Source: an uncultured Spirochaetota bacterium
GTDB lineage: Bacteria > Spirochaetota > Spirochaetia > SZUA-6 > CAVTHK01
NCBI GenBank assembly: GCA_963734495.1
Contig: CAVTHK010000001.1
Span: 224,001-288,000 of the forward strand
Direction: 5' to 3'
Length of the DNA stretch: 64,000 nucleotides
Part shown: in pieces, positions 31,343 to 41,879 of the stretch
Layout of the letters: the number at the start of each line of letters is the position of its first letter
How positions within the stretch are numbered: position 1 is the stretch's first letter
Notes under the pieces: model-generated
The model's input: the letters and a program-made list of their open reading frames with translations, nothing else
What the model was told of the DNA's origin: nothing
The model's database searches: none
Program-made: the position numbers and the translations under genes

Positions 31343-33343
31343 ATGAGAATGCTCAAAGGCATCGCTCTGCTCATTCTCTGCCTGGTTGCGGCGCCCGTCC
31401 TGGCAACAGGCCAGAAAGAGGAACCAAAGGCCGGCGCCGCCGCTGCGGTCCAGGGCAGCGGCCAGCTCAAGTCCTATGCGACGCTGCAGGAATACGAGAA
31501 AGCGACGGGAAAGAAAGTCTCCACGTTCAGCGAGTCCCCCGTGCTCAAGAGCAAGGTGGCAGCGGGGACGCTCCCGCCGGTCGAAAAACGCCTGCCGGCG
31601 GAGCCGCTGGTCCTGCAGCCCCGGAACGAGATCGGCCGCTACGGCGGCATCTTCCGGGTGGGCTCCATAAACCCGGGTGCCGGAGGCACCGACGAGTACC
31701 TCTCCCGCTGTCAGCCTCTGGTGATTCTGACCCCCGATCTCAAGAGCATCGTTCCCAACATCGCCAAGGGGTGGAGCTTTTCCGACAACAACACAGTCTT
31801 CACTCTCTACCTCAGGAAAGGCATCAAGTGGTCCGACGGCGCCCCTTTCACAGCCGACGACTTCGTCTTCTGGTACGAGGACATCCTCCTCAATGACCAG
31901 CTCACCCCGGTCAAGCCGCGGGAGTGGTCGCCGGGCGGCAAGCTGGTGAAGGTCGAGAAGGTGGACGAGACGACGGTGCGGTTCACGTTCGGGCAGCCCT
32001 ACCCCGTCATCCTCGATCTGCTCGCGGTCACGGTGGAGCAGGTCTACCACTACCCGTTCCAGCCCGGGCACTACCTGAAGAAGTTCCACGCGAAGTACAA
32101 CCCCAATGTCGAAGCCGAGGCGAAGCAGGCCGGCTTCGATTCGTGGTGGAAGTACTTCGGCGCCAACTGGCCGATGGCGCAGGATGAACGCAAGCCCGGC
32201 TATCCGGAGATCAACCCGTGGGTGCCGGCGAGGACCGACGCCGCGGGCAACCGCTACTACGAGCGAAACCCCTACTATTGGAAGGTGGACACCGCCGGCA
32301 ACCAGCTGCCGTACGCGGACAGCCAGGCCCGCATGCTCGTCGAGAGCACCGACATCTGGAACCTCAAGGTGATCGCCGGCGAGTACGACTACGCGGCGCA
32401 GCACACCTCCGTGGACACGTACCCGGTCTACAAGGAGAACGAGGCCAAGGGCGGCTATCGCGCGATGATCTGGCAGTTCGACCGCGGCGCGGAGATGGTG
32501 AACTTCAAGTTCAACCAGAACATCGGAGACCCCGTTCAGCGCGCGATCTTCAGCGACTTGCGCTTCAGGCAGGCCGTGTCCCTCGCGATCAACCGCGCCG
32601 AGATCAACAAGGTGATCTTCAACGGACGGGCAGCGGCGAGGCAGGCGACGATAGTGCCGAGCGCCGGCTTCTACGAGCCGGCGATGGGCGACTACCTGAC
32701 CCAGTACGATCCGGTGAAATCGAAAAAGCTTGTCGACGAGATGGGGCTGAAGTACGACAGCACGGGCAAGGTTCGCCTGCGCCCGGACGGCAAGCCGCTG
32801 ACGCTCACGCTCGAGTTTTCCCAGTACGCCGGGCCGCGCACCAAGATGCTGGAGCTCATCAAGGAAACGATCGAGGGGGTCGGGATCCAGGTGGCGCTCA
32901 AGCAGATCGACCAGGGGCTGTATGCCCAGCGGACCACCGCCGGGGCGCTGGAGACCACGATGTGGAACCTCGACGCCACGACGGAGCTCGGTTTCCACCG
33001 CGGCCCGCAGACGTTCCTCCCGTATGCGAACGCCTGGGTGTTGTGGCTGAACACCGGCGGCAAGAGCGGCGAGGAGCCTCCCAAGGAGGCCAGCGACTAC
33101 TTCGCCCTCAGCGAGAAGTTCATGCAGCTCCCCCTGGGGACCGAGGAGTACAGGAAGGTCGGGAGGGATCTGGTGTGGATTTCGCTGAACAACCTCTGGA
33201 ACATCGGCGCCATCGGCCAGATCCCGAAGCCCGTGATCATCAAGAGCAGCCTCGGCAACACGCCCGGCGAGGAGGCCACCTACAGCTGGGACTACCGGTT
33301 CTGGACGCCCTTTCAGGCGGACCAGTGGTATTTCAAGAAATAG
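31343..33343 (+). CDS. ABC substrate-binding protein, family 5
   Basis: GGAGG RBS; signal peptide; LPPVEKRLP, KWSDGAPFTADD, RNPYYWKVDTAGNQLPY, QWYFKK. Confidence 0.92.
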   Translation: MRMLKGIALLILCLVAAPVLATGQKEEPKAGAAAAVQGSGQLKSYATLQEYEKATGKKVSTFSESPVLKSKVAAGTLPPVEKRLPAEPLVLQPRNEIGRYGGIFRVGSINPGAGGTDEYLSRCQPLVILTPDLKSIVPNIAKGWSFSDNNTVFTLYLRKGIKWSDGAPFTADDFVFWYEDILLNDQLTPVKPREWSPGGKLVKVEKVDETTVRFTFGQPYPVILDLLAVTVEQVYHYPFQPGHYLKKFHAKYNPNVEAEAKQAGFDSWWKYFGANWPMAQDERKPGYPEINPWVPARTDAAGNRYYERNPYYWKVDTAGNQLPYADSQARMLVESTDIWNLKVIAGEYDYAAQHTSVDTYPVYKENEAKGGYRAMIWQFDRGAEMVNFKFNQNIGDPVQRAIFSDLRFRQAVSLAINRAEINKVIFNGRAAARQATIVPSAGFYEPAMGDYLTQYDPVKSKKLVDEMGLKYDSTGKVRLRPDGKPLTLTLEFSQYAGPRTKMLELIKETIEGVGIQVALKQIDQGLYAQRTTAGALETTMWNLDATTELGFHRGPQTFLPYANAWVLWLNTGGKSGEEPPKEASDYFALSEKFMQLPLGTEEYRKVGRDLVWISLNNLWNIGAIGQIPKPVIIKSSLGNTPGEEATYSWDYRFWTPFQADQWYFKK

Positions 33344-33374
33344 GGTGAAGGCCAGGTCCCGCGAGGGAGAACCG

Positions 33375-34880
33375 ATGAGTCCGAACATCCTTGTCATCTG
33401 CAGCGACGAGCATCACCCGGGCTTTGCCGGCTATCGCGGCCATCCTTTTGTCCGCACGCCGAACCTGGATCGCCTGGCCCGGCAGGGAACACGGTTCACC
33501 CGGGCGTGCTGCAACTCCCCGGTCTGCACGCCGAGCCGCATGAGCTTCATCACCGGGAAGTACGTGCACGAGATCGGAAGCTGGATGATCGGCGTGCCGC
33601 TCGACCCGGCGGAGATGACGTGGCCGCGGGCTCTGGAGCAGGCGGGCATCCCCACGACGATGCTCGGCAAGATGGACTTCTGCGGACCCTACCAGGACGG
33701 CGGCTTCGGCAGCTACAGGATCATCGAGGTGCGGCCCGCCTGGAAAGTCTACCCCCGCGACACGCCGTGGGCGGCGAGGCTCGAAGGCTATACGCGGCGC
33801 GACAAGCGGGCGCACCTCCTGCATGCGGGAGTGCGCGAAGACAACGAGACCGACGGGCACCATGGCCACGACGACAAGCTGGGCTTCTACGATCACGACC
33901 GTCACGTGACCGACTGGGCGCTCGAATACCTGCGCGAAAAGGGCGCCCACCGGTCGGACACACCGTGGCACCTGTACGTGGGGCTGCTCTACCCGCACTG
34001 GCCCTTCTGCGTTCCGCGCAAGTACTTCGACATGTACTACCCGGACCAGCTCAGGCTCCCGCACGATGCGAGCTTCCCGAACGAAAACCTTCACCCTGCT
34101 CTTCGTCACTTCCAGCGCGCCCTGGACCTCGGAGAGGTGACCGAGGACATGGTCAGGCGCACCGTCGCAGCCTACCAGGGGATGATCACCTGCATGGACG
34201 ACATGATCGGCCGAATCCTCGACGAGCTCGACGCCCAGGGCCTGGCCGACGATACCTACGTCATCTACACCTCGGACCACGGCGAGTCCCTGGGCGACCA
34301 CGGCCTGTTCTACAAGCAGTGCTCGTACGAGGGGCCGGTCGGCGTCCCCCTGATCATTCGCGGACCCGACATCCCGTGGGGCAAAGACGTCGCCGACCCG
34401 GTGAGCCTGGTCGACCTCTACCCCAGCGTCCTCGACATGGCGGGGCTCGACTGGCACAGCGGAAGGCCCGGCGTGAGCTGGCTGCCCCTGGTCCGCGGCC
34501 AGGCGCACGAGCGGCCGGACTACGCTTTCAGCGAATTCCATGGCAACTTTTTCAAGCACGACTGGTACATGCTGGTGAGGGGCAGGTACAAGTACACGTA
34601 TTACTCGGGCGAGCGGCCGTCACTGTTCGACGTCGCCGCTGACCCGCTGGAGAACAACGACGTCGCGGGCCGCCCGGAGAACGCCGGCGTGATCCGGGAC
34701 TTCGAGGCGACGCTGCGGTCCATCGTGGACCCCGAAGAGGTGTCGCGGCGCGCCAGGCGGGAGCTGGGCCTTCTCGGGCCGAACGGCGAGGATTACACCC
34801 AGACGCTCACGGTGGCCGGGCTGCTCGAAGGGCGGGAGAAGGGCATCTTCCCGCCGGAACCGGGAGCGCTGTACATCTAG
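33375..34880 (+). CDS. Sulfatase (choline-sulfatase-like S1 family, no signal peptide)
   Basis: PNILVICSDEH, CTPSRMSFITG, GKMDF, PHWPF, SDHGESLG. Confidence 0.9.
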   Translation: MSPNILVICSDEHHPGFAGYRGHPFVRTPNLDRLARQGTRFTRACCNSPVCTPSRMSFITGKYVHEIGSWMIGVPLDPAEMTWPRALEQAGIPTTMLGKMDFCGPYQDGGFGSYRIIEVRPAWKVYPRDTPWAARLEGYTRRDKRAHLLHAGVREDNETDGHHGHDDKLGFYDHDRHVTDWALEYLREKGAHRSDTPWHLYVGLLYPHWPFCVPRKYFDMYYPDQLRLPHDASFPNENLHPALRHFQRALDLGEVTEDMVRRTVAAYQGMITCMDDMIGRILDELDAQGLADDTYVIYTSDHGESLGDHGLFYKQCSYEGPVGVPLIIRGPDIPWGKDVADPVSLVDLYPSVLDMAGLDWHSGRPGVSWLPLVRGQAHERPDYAFSEFHGNFFKHDWYMLVRGRYKYTYYSGERPSLFDVAADPLENNDVAGRPENAGVIRDFEATLRSIVDPEEVSRRARRELGLLGPNGEDYTQTLTVAGLLEGREKGIFPPEPGALYI

Positions 34881-34914
34881 CGGTATCTGCGGCGGGTCGG
34901 ACCCGGGGTCAGGA

Positions 34915-34942
34915 GGCCGCCGGGGGCAAAACCCCGGCGGCC
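34915..34942. terminator. Hairpin between convergent genes (probable terminator)
   Basis: GGCCGCCGGGG-gcaaaa-CCCCGGCGGCC, perfect 11-bp stem; no long U tract. Confidence 0.55.
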
Positions 34943-34965
34943 CGATGAGCACGATCCCTGCAACG

Positions 34966-36972
34966 CTACTTCTTGAAGTACCACTGCTCCGGCTGCCACG
35001 TGAAGTAGAAGCGGTAGTCCCAGACCCAGCAGGGTGTCTTCGCCACGAAGTCGCCGGAAGGCACGTTGCCAAGCGTGTTCTTGAAGATCAGGGGATGCGG
35101 CGACTGGCCCACCGTGCCGATCGTGTAGACGTTGTCCACGTTGATCTTGATGATCTGCCTGCCGAGTTTCTTGTAAGGCTCGGTCCCCGGCTTCGACACC
35201 TGGAACTGCTCGAGCAGCGAAAAGAGCTCCTTGACCTCGGCCGGCGGCTCCTCGCCTGTCTTGCCGCCGGAGCTGTACCACTGCCACCAGGGGATCGCGC
35301 CGCCGCCCCAAGGCGGCCTGTAACGGTCCGGAGCGGTTCGCATTGCGAACTCCGAGGAGCCGCCCATCGGATTCGCGCTGACATCAAGCTCGTTCGCGTT
35401 CTGCCGCTGGTTGTAATAGGCGCGGTCGTGAGACCTGCTCGACGCGCTGACTCCGACCTTCTTCCAGTACTCGGCGACCAGCTCCGAGATCTTCTCGACC
35501 GGGCCCGTGACCGGGTAGTAGGGGATCACGACGGTGAGCGTTTTTCCGTCGGGCCGCAGGCGGAAGCCGTCCTTGTCTCTCTGGGTCAGGCCCATCTCAT
35601 CGAGGAGCTTGTTCGCCCGGTCCGGGTCGTACTCCGCCCAGGACTTGCCCATCCAGTCCTCGTAGAAGCTGGCGACCGGTGTGATCGTCGCCTGCCGCAC
35701 GACCCCCTTGCCGAAGAAGAGCACGTCGTTGAGCTCCTTGCGGTTGATCGCGATGGACATGGCCTCGCGGAACCGCACGTCCCCGAAGATCTTGCGCAGC
35801 ACCGGGTCCTTGTGCGTCATGTTGAAGTTGTAGATCCATTCGGAGCCGCGGCCGTCCTGCCACAGCAGCGTGGTATAGCCGCCCTTGGCCTCGCCCTCCT
35901 TGTAGATCGGGTAGTTCTTGAGAACGAGGTGGACGCTCGCAAAGCTGAGCTCGCCCGCGACCACGGCCAGGTCGATGAGATCGGCGTTCTCGTAGACGAC
36001 GCCGATCTCCCGGTCGATGTACGGCAGCTGGTTGCCGGCGGTGTCGATCATCCAGAAGTAGGGGTTGCGCTCGAAGTACTTGGTGCCGTTGGTGTCGACC
36101 CGCTTGAGCTGCCACTGCGCCAGGCCCGGGATGTTCACGTCCTGCTGCGTCTCCGTCGATCCGGTGTCGGCGTGGAACGCAAACGCCTTCCACCAGGTGT
36201 CGTATCCTTCCGCCTTTGCGAGAGCGTTGGCGTCCGGGTTGTACTTGATGTGGTACTTCTTGAGGTAGTGCTTGGGCAGATAGGGGTCGTTCCAGATCGC
36301 CATGATGTCCAGAACCGCCGGATAGGGGGCGGCGAACTGGAACTTCACGGTCGTTTCGTCGATCTTGGTGACCTCGACGAGCTTGCCTCCGGGGGCCCAC
36401 TGCCTGGGCATCACCGAAGTGATCTCCTTGTTCGACAGCACGTCGTCGTACCAGAACATGATGTCGTCGCTGGTGAACGGCTCGCCATCGCTCCACTTCA
36501 TTCCCTTGCGCAGGTACACCACCAGGGTCTTGAAGTCGCTCGAGAGGTCCCATTTCTTCGCCACGTTCGGGATCACCGTCTGCAGATCCTCGGAAAGGCG
36601 GAACAGAGGCTGAAGGTGGACGGTGGAGATGTCGGCACCCTCGATCTTGGGCGATGCGGTCGACGACCTCATCTCTCCGCCGTAGCGGCCGATCCCGTAG
36701 AGAGGCTGCACGACTGCCGGCTCTTCGGGGAGCCGCCTTTCCACCGGCGGGAGCTTCCCGGCTTTGACGAGCTCCGCCAGCGCCGGGGCCTCGCTGAACT
36801 TCGTGATCTTCTTGCCGGTCTTCTGCTGGTATTCGGCCAGCGTGGCGTAGTTCATGAGCTTGCGCTCGCCGCTGCCGGCGGCTGCCTCGTCCTTGACCTC
36901 CGCTGCGCCGGTGGCGAACGCCACGGGCGACAGGACAGCCAGCACCAGCGACACTGCCAGGAATCTCTTCAC
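34966..36972 (-). CDS. ABC substrate-binding protein, family 5
   Basis: GTG after GAGGAGG; signal peptide; LPPVERRLP, KWSDGEPFTSDD, RNPYFWMIDTAGNQLPY, EQWYFKK. Confidence 0.92.
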   Translation of the reverse strand: MKRFLAVSLVLAVLSPVAFATGAAEVKDEAAAGSGERKLMNYATLAEYQQKTGKKITKFSEAPALAELVKAGKLPPVERRLPEEPAVVQPLYGIGRYGGEMRSSTASPKIEGADISTVHLQPLFRLSEDLQTVIPNVAKKWDLSSDFKTLVVYLRKGMKWSDGEPFTSDDIMFWYDDVLSNKEITSVMPRQWAPGGKLVEVTKIDETTVKFQFAAPYPAVLDIMAIWNDPYLPKHYLKKYHIKYNPDANALAKAEGYDTWWKAFAFHADTGSTETQQDVNIPGLAQWQLKRVDTNGTKYFERNPYFWMIDTAGNQLPYIDREIGVVYENADLIDLAVVAGELSFASVHLVLKNYPIYKEGEAKGGYTTLLWQDGRGSEWIYNFNMTHKDPVLRKIFGDVRFREAMSIAINRKELNDVLFFGKGVVRQATITPVASFYEDWMGKSWAEYDPDRANKLLDEMGLTQRDKDGFRLRPDGKTLTVVIPYYPVTGPVEKISELVAEYWKKVGVSASSRSHDRAYYNQRQNANELDVSANPMGGSSEFAMRTAPDRYRPPWGGGAIPWWQWYSSGGKTGEEPPAEVKELFSLLEQFQVSKPGTEPYKKLGRQIIKINVDNVYTIGTVGQSPHPLIFKNTLGNVPSGDFVAKTPCWVWDYRFYFTWQPEQWYFKK

Positions 36973-37060
36973 AGCCAGTCCTCCTCGTCCGAGAGAATCG
37001 CTCCGCCTCCAGGGCGGACAGGAAACCAGGGCCAGGTCTGCCGGCGGCGGTCCCGCTCTC

Positions 37061-38500
37061 CTACGCCTCCCGACCCGACACGTAGAGGTCGTACGAGTTG
37101 CTCTGCCAGGTCCCTTCGTCGGCAATTCCGTCGTTCGTCCTGCGGAGCCAGCCCAGCAGGTCGGCCCGCATGCGCCGCAGCACGTGCTTGTAGGCGAGCT
37201 TGCCCGCCAGGTTCCGCAGCTCACCAGGGTCGCTCACGACGTCGTAGAGCTCGTCCTCGGTGGCCGGGTTGTAGACGTACTTCCAGCGGCGGTTGCGCAC
37301 CATGCGCATCGAGTAGAGCGTCGACTCGTACCCGTGAAATTCGCTAAAGGCCTCCTGCGGCCAGTCGTCGGGCCTGCGGCCGCCCAGCAGGGGGAGCATC
37401 GAGCGGCCGTCCACTTTCTGCGGCTGCGCGACTCCCGCGGCGTCGAGGACGGTGGGCATCAGGTCCACCAGGTTCACGAACTCGTCGCAGACCGAACCCG
37501 GCTTCGACACCGGCGGCCCGCTCACGACAAGGGGGATGTGATGGGTTTCCTCGTAACCGTGGAATCCCTTGTTGAAGAGCCGGTGGCACCCCAGCATGTC
37601 GCCGTGATCCGTCGCAAGGATCACGAGGGTCGCACCCGCCCGTCCCGACTGGTCGAGGGCCGAAAGCACGCGGCCGATCTGATCGTCGATGAACGTGCAA
37701 GCCCCCCAGTAGTGCGCGATCACGTTCTGCCAGTCCGTCCAGGTCAACTGGCTCGCATTCCACCGCAGCGATTCCTTCTGCTGGATGAGCGGCTTGGTCT
37801 CGAAGGTCTCGTCGAAGTTGTCCCATCGCTCGACCCGGGCGGGATCGTACATCGTGTCGTGAGGGGCCGGGACGGCGTAGGGGAAATGCGGGCCGAAGAA
37901 GGACGCGCAGACCATGAACGGGGCCTTCGCCTTGGCAAACGCGCCGATCATCTCGACAGCCCGGTCCGCCACCCAGGCGTCGTGCGTGCGCTCGGGCGGC
38001 AGCACGGTGCGGCCGCAGAACGGCGCCCCGCGTCCCCACTCCATCCGCTGGACATCGTCGCGGCCGTAGTCGAACTCGATCCCCGCGGCTTTGAGCTGCC
38101 TGTGCCAGTCGCCCGTCGTATGCCAGCGGTCGAAGCCCCATGCCTCCGTGACGCCCTCTTTCGGCAGGTGCCACTTTCCGGCGTAGCCCGTCTGGTATCC
38201 CGCGGCGCGGAGGAGCCGCGGAAAGGCGGGCTTCTCGAGGACCTGCGTGTTGAAGACGCCATTGAAATTGCCCATGTTCGCGAGCTGGCCGTGATTGTGC
38301 GCGTACAGGCCCGTCATCAGGCAGCCCCGGGCCGGCGAGCACAGAGCAATCGGGGTGTAGGCGCTCGTGAAGCGCATCCCGCGCCTGGCGATGCCGTCGA
38401 TCGCGGGGGTCCTCACGACGCGCGCCCCGTTGCAGCCCGCGGCGTCGTAGCGCTGCTGGTCGGTCAGCAGCAGCAGAATGTTGGGTCGATCCTCAGCCAT
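37061..38500 (-). CDS. Sulfatase (Cys-type S1 family, no signal peptide)
   Basis: PNILLLLTDQQR, CSPAR, GKWHL, TDHGD, ELYDVVSDPGE. Confidence 0.92.
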   Translation of the reverse strand: MAEDRPNILLLLTDQQRYDAAGCNGARVVRTPAIDGIARRGMRFTSAYTPIALCSPARGCLMTGLYAHNHGQLANMGNFNGVFNTQVLEKPAFPRLLRAAGYQTGYAGKWHLPKEGVTEAWGFDRWHTTGDWHRQLKAAGIEFDYGRDDVQRMEWGRGAPFCGRTVLPPERTHDAWVADRAVEMIGAFAKAKAPFMVCASFFGPHFPYAVPAPHDTMYDPARVERWDNFDETFETKPLIQQKESLRWNASQLTWTDWQNVIAHYWGACTFIDDQIGRVLSALDQSGRAGATLVILATDHGDMLGCHRLFNKGFHGYEETHHIPLVVSGPPVSKPGSVCDEFVNLVDLMPTVLDAAGVAQPQKVDGRSMLPLLGGRRPDDWPQEAFSEFHGYESTLYSMRMVRNRRWKYVYNPATEDELYDVVSDPGELRNLAGKLAYKHVLRRMRADLLGWLRRTNDGIADEGTWQSNSYDLYVSGREA

Positions 38501-38525
38501 GCGCCCACCTCCCGGCCCCAGCGGC

Positions 38526-39656
38526 CTATGTGTACGGGTCTGCCGCATCGCGCAGGCCGTCGCCGACAAAGTTGAATGACAGCACGGTCACGATGATGAA
38601 CAGTCCGGGGATCAAGAGCCACGGGGCGAGAGCCACCGTGTGGATGTTCTGCGCATCTGCAAGAAGCACGCCCCAGCTCACCACCGGAGGCCGCAGCCCG
38701 AGCCCGAGAAAGCTCAAGCTGGTCTCGCCGAGGATCATGCCGGGAACCGTCAGCGTCAGGTCCACGATCACGTAGCTGAGGAACGAAGGCAGCAGGTGCC
38801 GCGCGATGATGGCCCAGTCAGGAGCCCCGGCCACGCGCGCGGCCAGCACGAAGTCCTCCTCGCGTATCGCGAGCAGCTTGCCGCGCACGACGCGGGCGAG
38901 CGTGGTCCACCCGATCATGGACAGGATGATCGTGATCCCGAAGTACACGCGCAGGGGGGGCCATTGCGGAGGAAGGGCCGCAGCCAGCGCCATCCAGAGC
39001 GGGATCGTCGGAACGCTCCGCAGAAAATCGATGAATCGCTGGATCGCGCTGTCGAGGCGGCCGCCGAAATAGCCGGAGATGCCCCCGATCACGAGGCCGA
39101 AGACAAAGCTCATCAGCACGCCGATCAGGCCGACCGAAAGCGACACGCGCGAGCCGTACATGATGCGGCTGAACACGTCGCGGCCGAGGGAGTCCGTCCC
39201 GAGCAGGAAGATCTCGCCGCCCTCGACTCCGAAGAGGTGCAGATCCGAATCGAAGATGCCCCACATCCTGTACCGGGAGCCGTGCGGGAACAGGACGATC
39301 GGATGCCTCTTCGCCGCGTCGACCTTGTAGACCTTGCGCCAGGTGACGGGGTCTTCCGCGAGCGCGAGCCCGTAAACGAAAAGACGCAGGTGGAACCCGG
39401 AGGTGTCGATGAATCGCGGCCGCTGCGGCGGCGCGAGCAGGAATTCGGTGTACCTCTCGGTGGTCGTGTACGGGGCGACGAACTCGCTGAAAATCGCCAT
39501 GAGGTAGAAGACCGCGAGGACGGCCGCGCCCGCGAGCGCCAGCTTGTGCTTCTTCAGCTTGAGCCACATCAGCTGGTACTGCGAAGACGCGAAGTACCGT
39601 TCGCGGCCGGCGGCCTCGTCCTTGCGCGTCTTCCGCGGCAGGGGGATCATGCTCAT
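38526..39656 (-). CDS. Peptide/oligosaccharide ABC permease (OppC/DppC-like)
   Basis: LGTDSLGRDVFSRIMYGSRVSL, EEDFVLAARVAGA, ETSLSFLGLG, GDGLRDAADP. Confidence 0.93.
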   Translation of the reverse strand: MSMIPLPRKTRKDEAAGRERYFASSQYQLMWLKLKKHKLALAGAAVLAVFYLMAIFSEFVAPYTTTERYTEFLLAPPQRPRFIDTSGFHLRLFVYGLALAEDPVTWRKVYKVDAAKRHPIVLFPHGSRYRMWGIFDSDLHLFGVEGGEIFLLGTDSLGRDVFSRIMYGSRVSLSVGLIGVLMSFVFGLVIGGISGYFGGRLDSAIQRFIDFLRSVPTIPLWMALAAALPPQWPPLRVYFGITIILSMIGWTTLARVVRGKLLAIREEDFVLAARVAGAPDWAIIARHLLPSFLSYVIVDLTLTVPGMILGETSLSFLGLGLRPPVVSWGVLLADAQNIHTVALAPWLLIPGLFIIVTVLSFNFVGDGLRDAADPYT

Positions 39657-40642
39657 CCCTCCATCCTGATGCGCGGGTCCATCAGCGCGAGCAGGACATC
39701 GGAGATGAACGAGCCCACGACGGTGAGAAAGCACAGGAGAAGTATGAAGGCGCCTGCCAGATACATATCCTGGCTGAGGAGCGAGCGCAGCAGCAGCGGC
39801 CCGCTCGTGGGCAGATTGAGCACAACGTCGACGATGGGCGCGCCCGATATGATGGCCGTGAGGCGCCAGCCGATGGTGCTCACGATCGGGTTGAGCGCGA
39901 TGCGCACCGGGTACTTGAAGATCAGCCTCGACTCCTGCACCCCCTTGGCCCTCGCCGTCACGACGTATTGCTTGCGCAGCTCATCGAGCAGCATGCCGCG
40001 CATGACCCTGATGAGACTTGCCGTGCCCGACGTCCCGAGTATGATCACCGGGATCCACAGGTGCTGGAACAGGTCCACGACCTTGCCGAAGCTCCAGGCG
40101 GCCTCCATGTACTTCTGCGAGAACAGCCCGCCGACGCTCAACCCGAGGTACTTGTACGCCGCGAACATGAGGATCAGCGCCATCAGGAACCCGGGCGTGG
40201 CGACGCCGATGTAGCCGATCACGGTCAGGACAAAGTCCCCCGCCGAATACTTGTGCAGCGCCGCGTAGATCCCGATGGGGATCGCCAGGGCAAACGTGAA
40301 CACCATGGCGGTCATCGAGATGGTCGTGGTCAGGAAGAACCGCTCCCAGATGAGGTCCTTGACCGGTTTGTTCCACTGGAAGGAGCGCCCGAAATCGCCC
40401 CGCGTGACGATGCCCCAGATCCACTTGGTGTACTGCACGTAGATGGGCTCGTCGAGGCCGTACTGACGGCTGAGAGCCGCTATTTCGCTCTCGGAGACTT
40501 CCGTCCCCTGGGCCTGAAGCTGCATCACGTACGAAGTGAGGTAATCCCCGGGGGGAAGCTGTATCAGGACAAAGGCGATCACCGAAACCGCAGCCAGCGT
40601 GACCGCCATGTACCCGAGTCGCCGCGCGAGGAAACGAAGCAT
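39653..40642 (-). CDS. Peptide/oligosaccharide ABC permease (OppB/DppB-like)
   Basis: QLPPGD, GDFGRS, YVVTARAKG, DPRIR. Confidence 0.93.
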   Translation of the reverse strand: MLRFLARRLGYMAVTLAAVSVIAFVLIQLPPGDYLTSYVMQLQAQGTEVSESEIAALSRQYGLDEPIYVQYTKWIWGIVTRGDFGRSFQWNKPVKDLIWERFFLTTTISMTAMVFTFALAIPIGIYAALHKYSAGDFVLTVIGYIGVATPGFLMALILMFAAYKYLGLSVGGLFSQKYMEAAWSFGKVVDLFQHLWIPVIILGTSGTASLIRVMRGMLLDELRKQYVVTARAKGVQESRLIFKYPVRIALNPIVSTIGWRLTAIISGAPIVDVVLNLPTSGPLLLRSLLSQDMYLAGAFILLLCFLTVVGSFISDVLLALMDPRIRMEG

Positions 40643-40765
40643 CGGACGACCTCTGCCGCGGAATCCTAACCTATCGACGCAGCCGGCGCAACGACGCCGG
40701 CCGCCCGGCGCTGGAGAGCGGTGATGTGCCGACCAGATCATGCGGGCGTGCCCAACCAACCCGTC

Positions 40766-41879
40766 TCAGCCGCCGGTCCCGAGCCGCATGAACAGCAGCA
40801 GGTTCTCTTCGGTCCTGCTGCCGAGCGGGTCGAAAAAGGGCGTGGCCGTCTGCGAGAGGATGAACGGCCCGCCGGCGCCCTTCGCCTCGTCGAGACAGCG
40901 CCGCACTGCGGCGCGAATCTCCGGGCGCTGCCCCTCTGAAGCAGCACGTCGTCCACGCCGCCGAAGACGATCCCCCTGCCTCCGGCGCCTTCCAGAGCCT
41001 CGGCGATCGACACGTCGCCCCGCGGCGGGGGCTCGAACGGCTCCATGAGGTCGTAGCCCATCTCCCAGACGTCGGCCATGATTCCGCGGACAGGGCCGTG
41101 ACAGTGGAAACGCGGTGGGGATGCCGTTCCTCCCGGCGATGCGCGCGACGCTCTCGTAGAAGCCCGCGGCAGAACAGCACGAAGCTCTCGCGGCTCAAAA
41201 AGGGCGGCACGGCGAGCTCCGCGCCCACCAGCCGCAGGATAAAGGGGCATGCGGCCCTCTCGCACAGCATCTCGAGGCTGCGCAGGACGCGCTCCTCGGT
41301 CTGCGAGATCAGGCGCAGGATCCGCTCGGTGTCGTCGTGCGTCTTCACGTAGAACGTCTCGGTCGGGAACATGTCGCAGACGATGCTGAAGGGGTCGCTG
41401 ACCTCCGCATAGGGCAGGCCATGCTCGCCGACCTGCCGCTCCTTGGCCCTGAGCGCTTCGATGTCCGGCTGCGGCGGGTCCGAGGCGTGCAGGCCCAGAA
41501 AAGCTCGAGGTCGCCTTCATCCTCGATCCATCTCTTGCGGACCTTCCAGGACGAATCCCCGCGGGTCTGGATCTCCTCGCTCCACAGGACGGAGCGGGTC
41601 CCGCTGAGCTCGCGCCTCCTGACGAGGGTGCCGTCCGCGTCGGCTCTCGTCTCGGAGGTCACACTGTACTCACCCGCTCCGATGTACAGGGGATCGGCGA
41701 CGGGAAAGACCTTGGGCAGCAGGGTGCAGCTGCCCGACGGCGAAGGAGCAGGCCTCGCGATAGCTCTCCCGTTCGCCGTGCCAGCCCCAGGGATCGAGAC
41801 CGAACGGGACGACGACCGGCGGCCAGGCCGCCTTTCCGTCCAGGAGATCGAGAAGAGCCCTTCTCCCCTGGGATCTCAC
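40766..41879 (-). CDS. Uroporphyrinogen decarboxylase / MtaA-CmuA superfamily protein (at least 4 frameshifts; may be a pseudogene)
   Basis: GTG overlaps the SIS stop. Joined frames give ..KRWIEDEGDLE..GEHGLPYAEVSDPF..GAELAVPPFLS..FHCHGPVR..EPFEPPPRGDV..FGGVD..EIRAAVRRCL..GPFILS..EENL. Confidence 0.7.
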
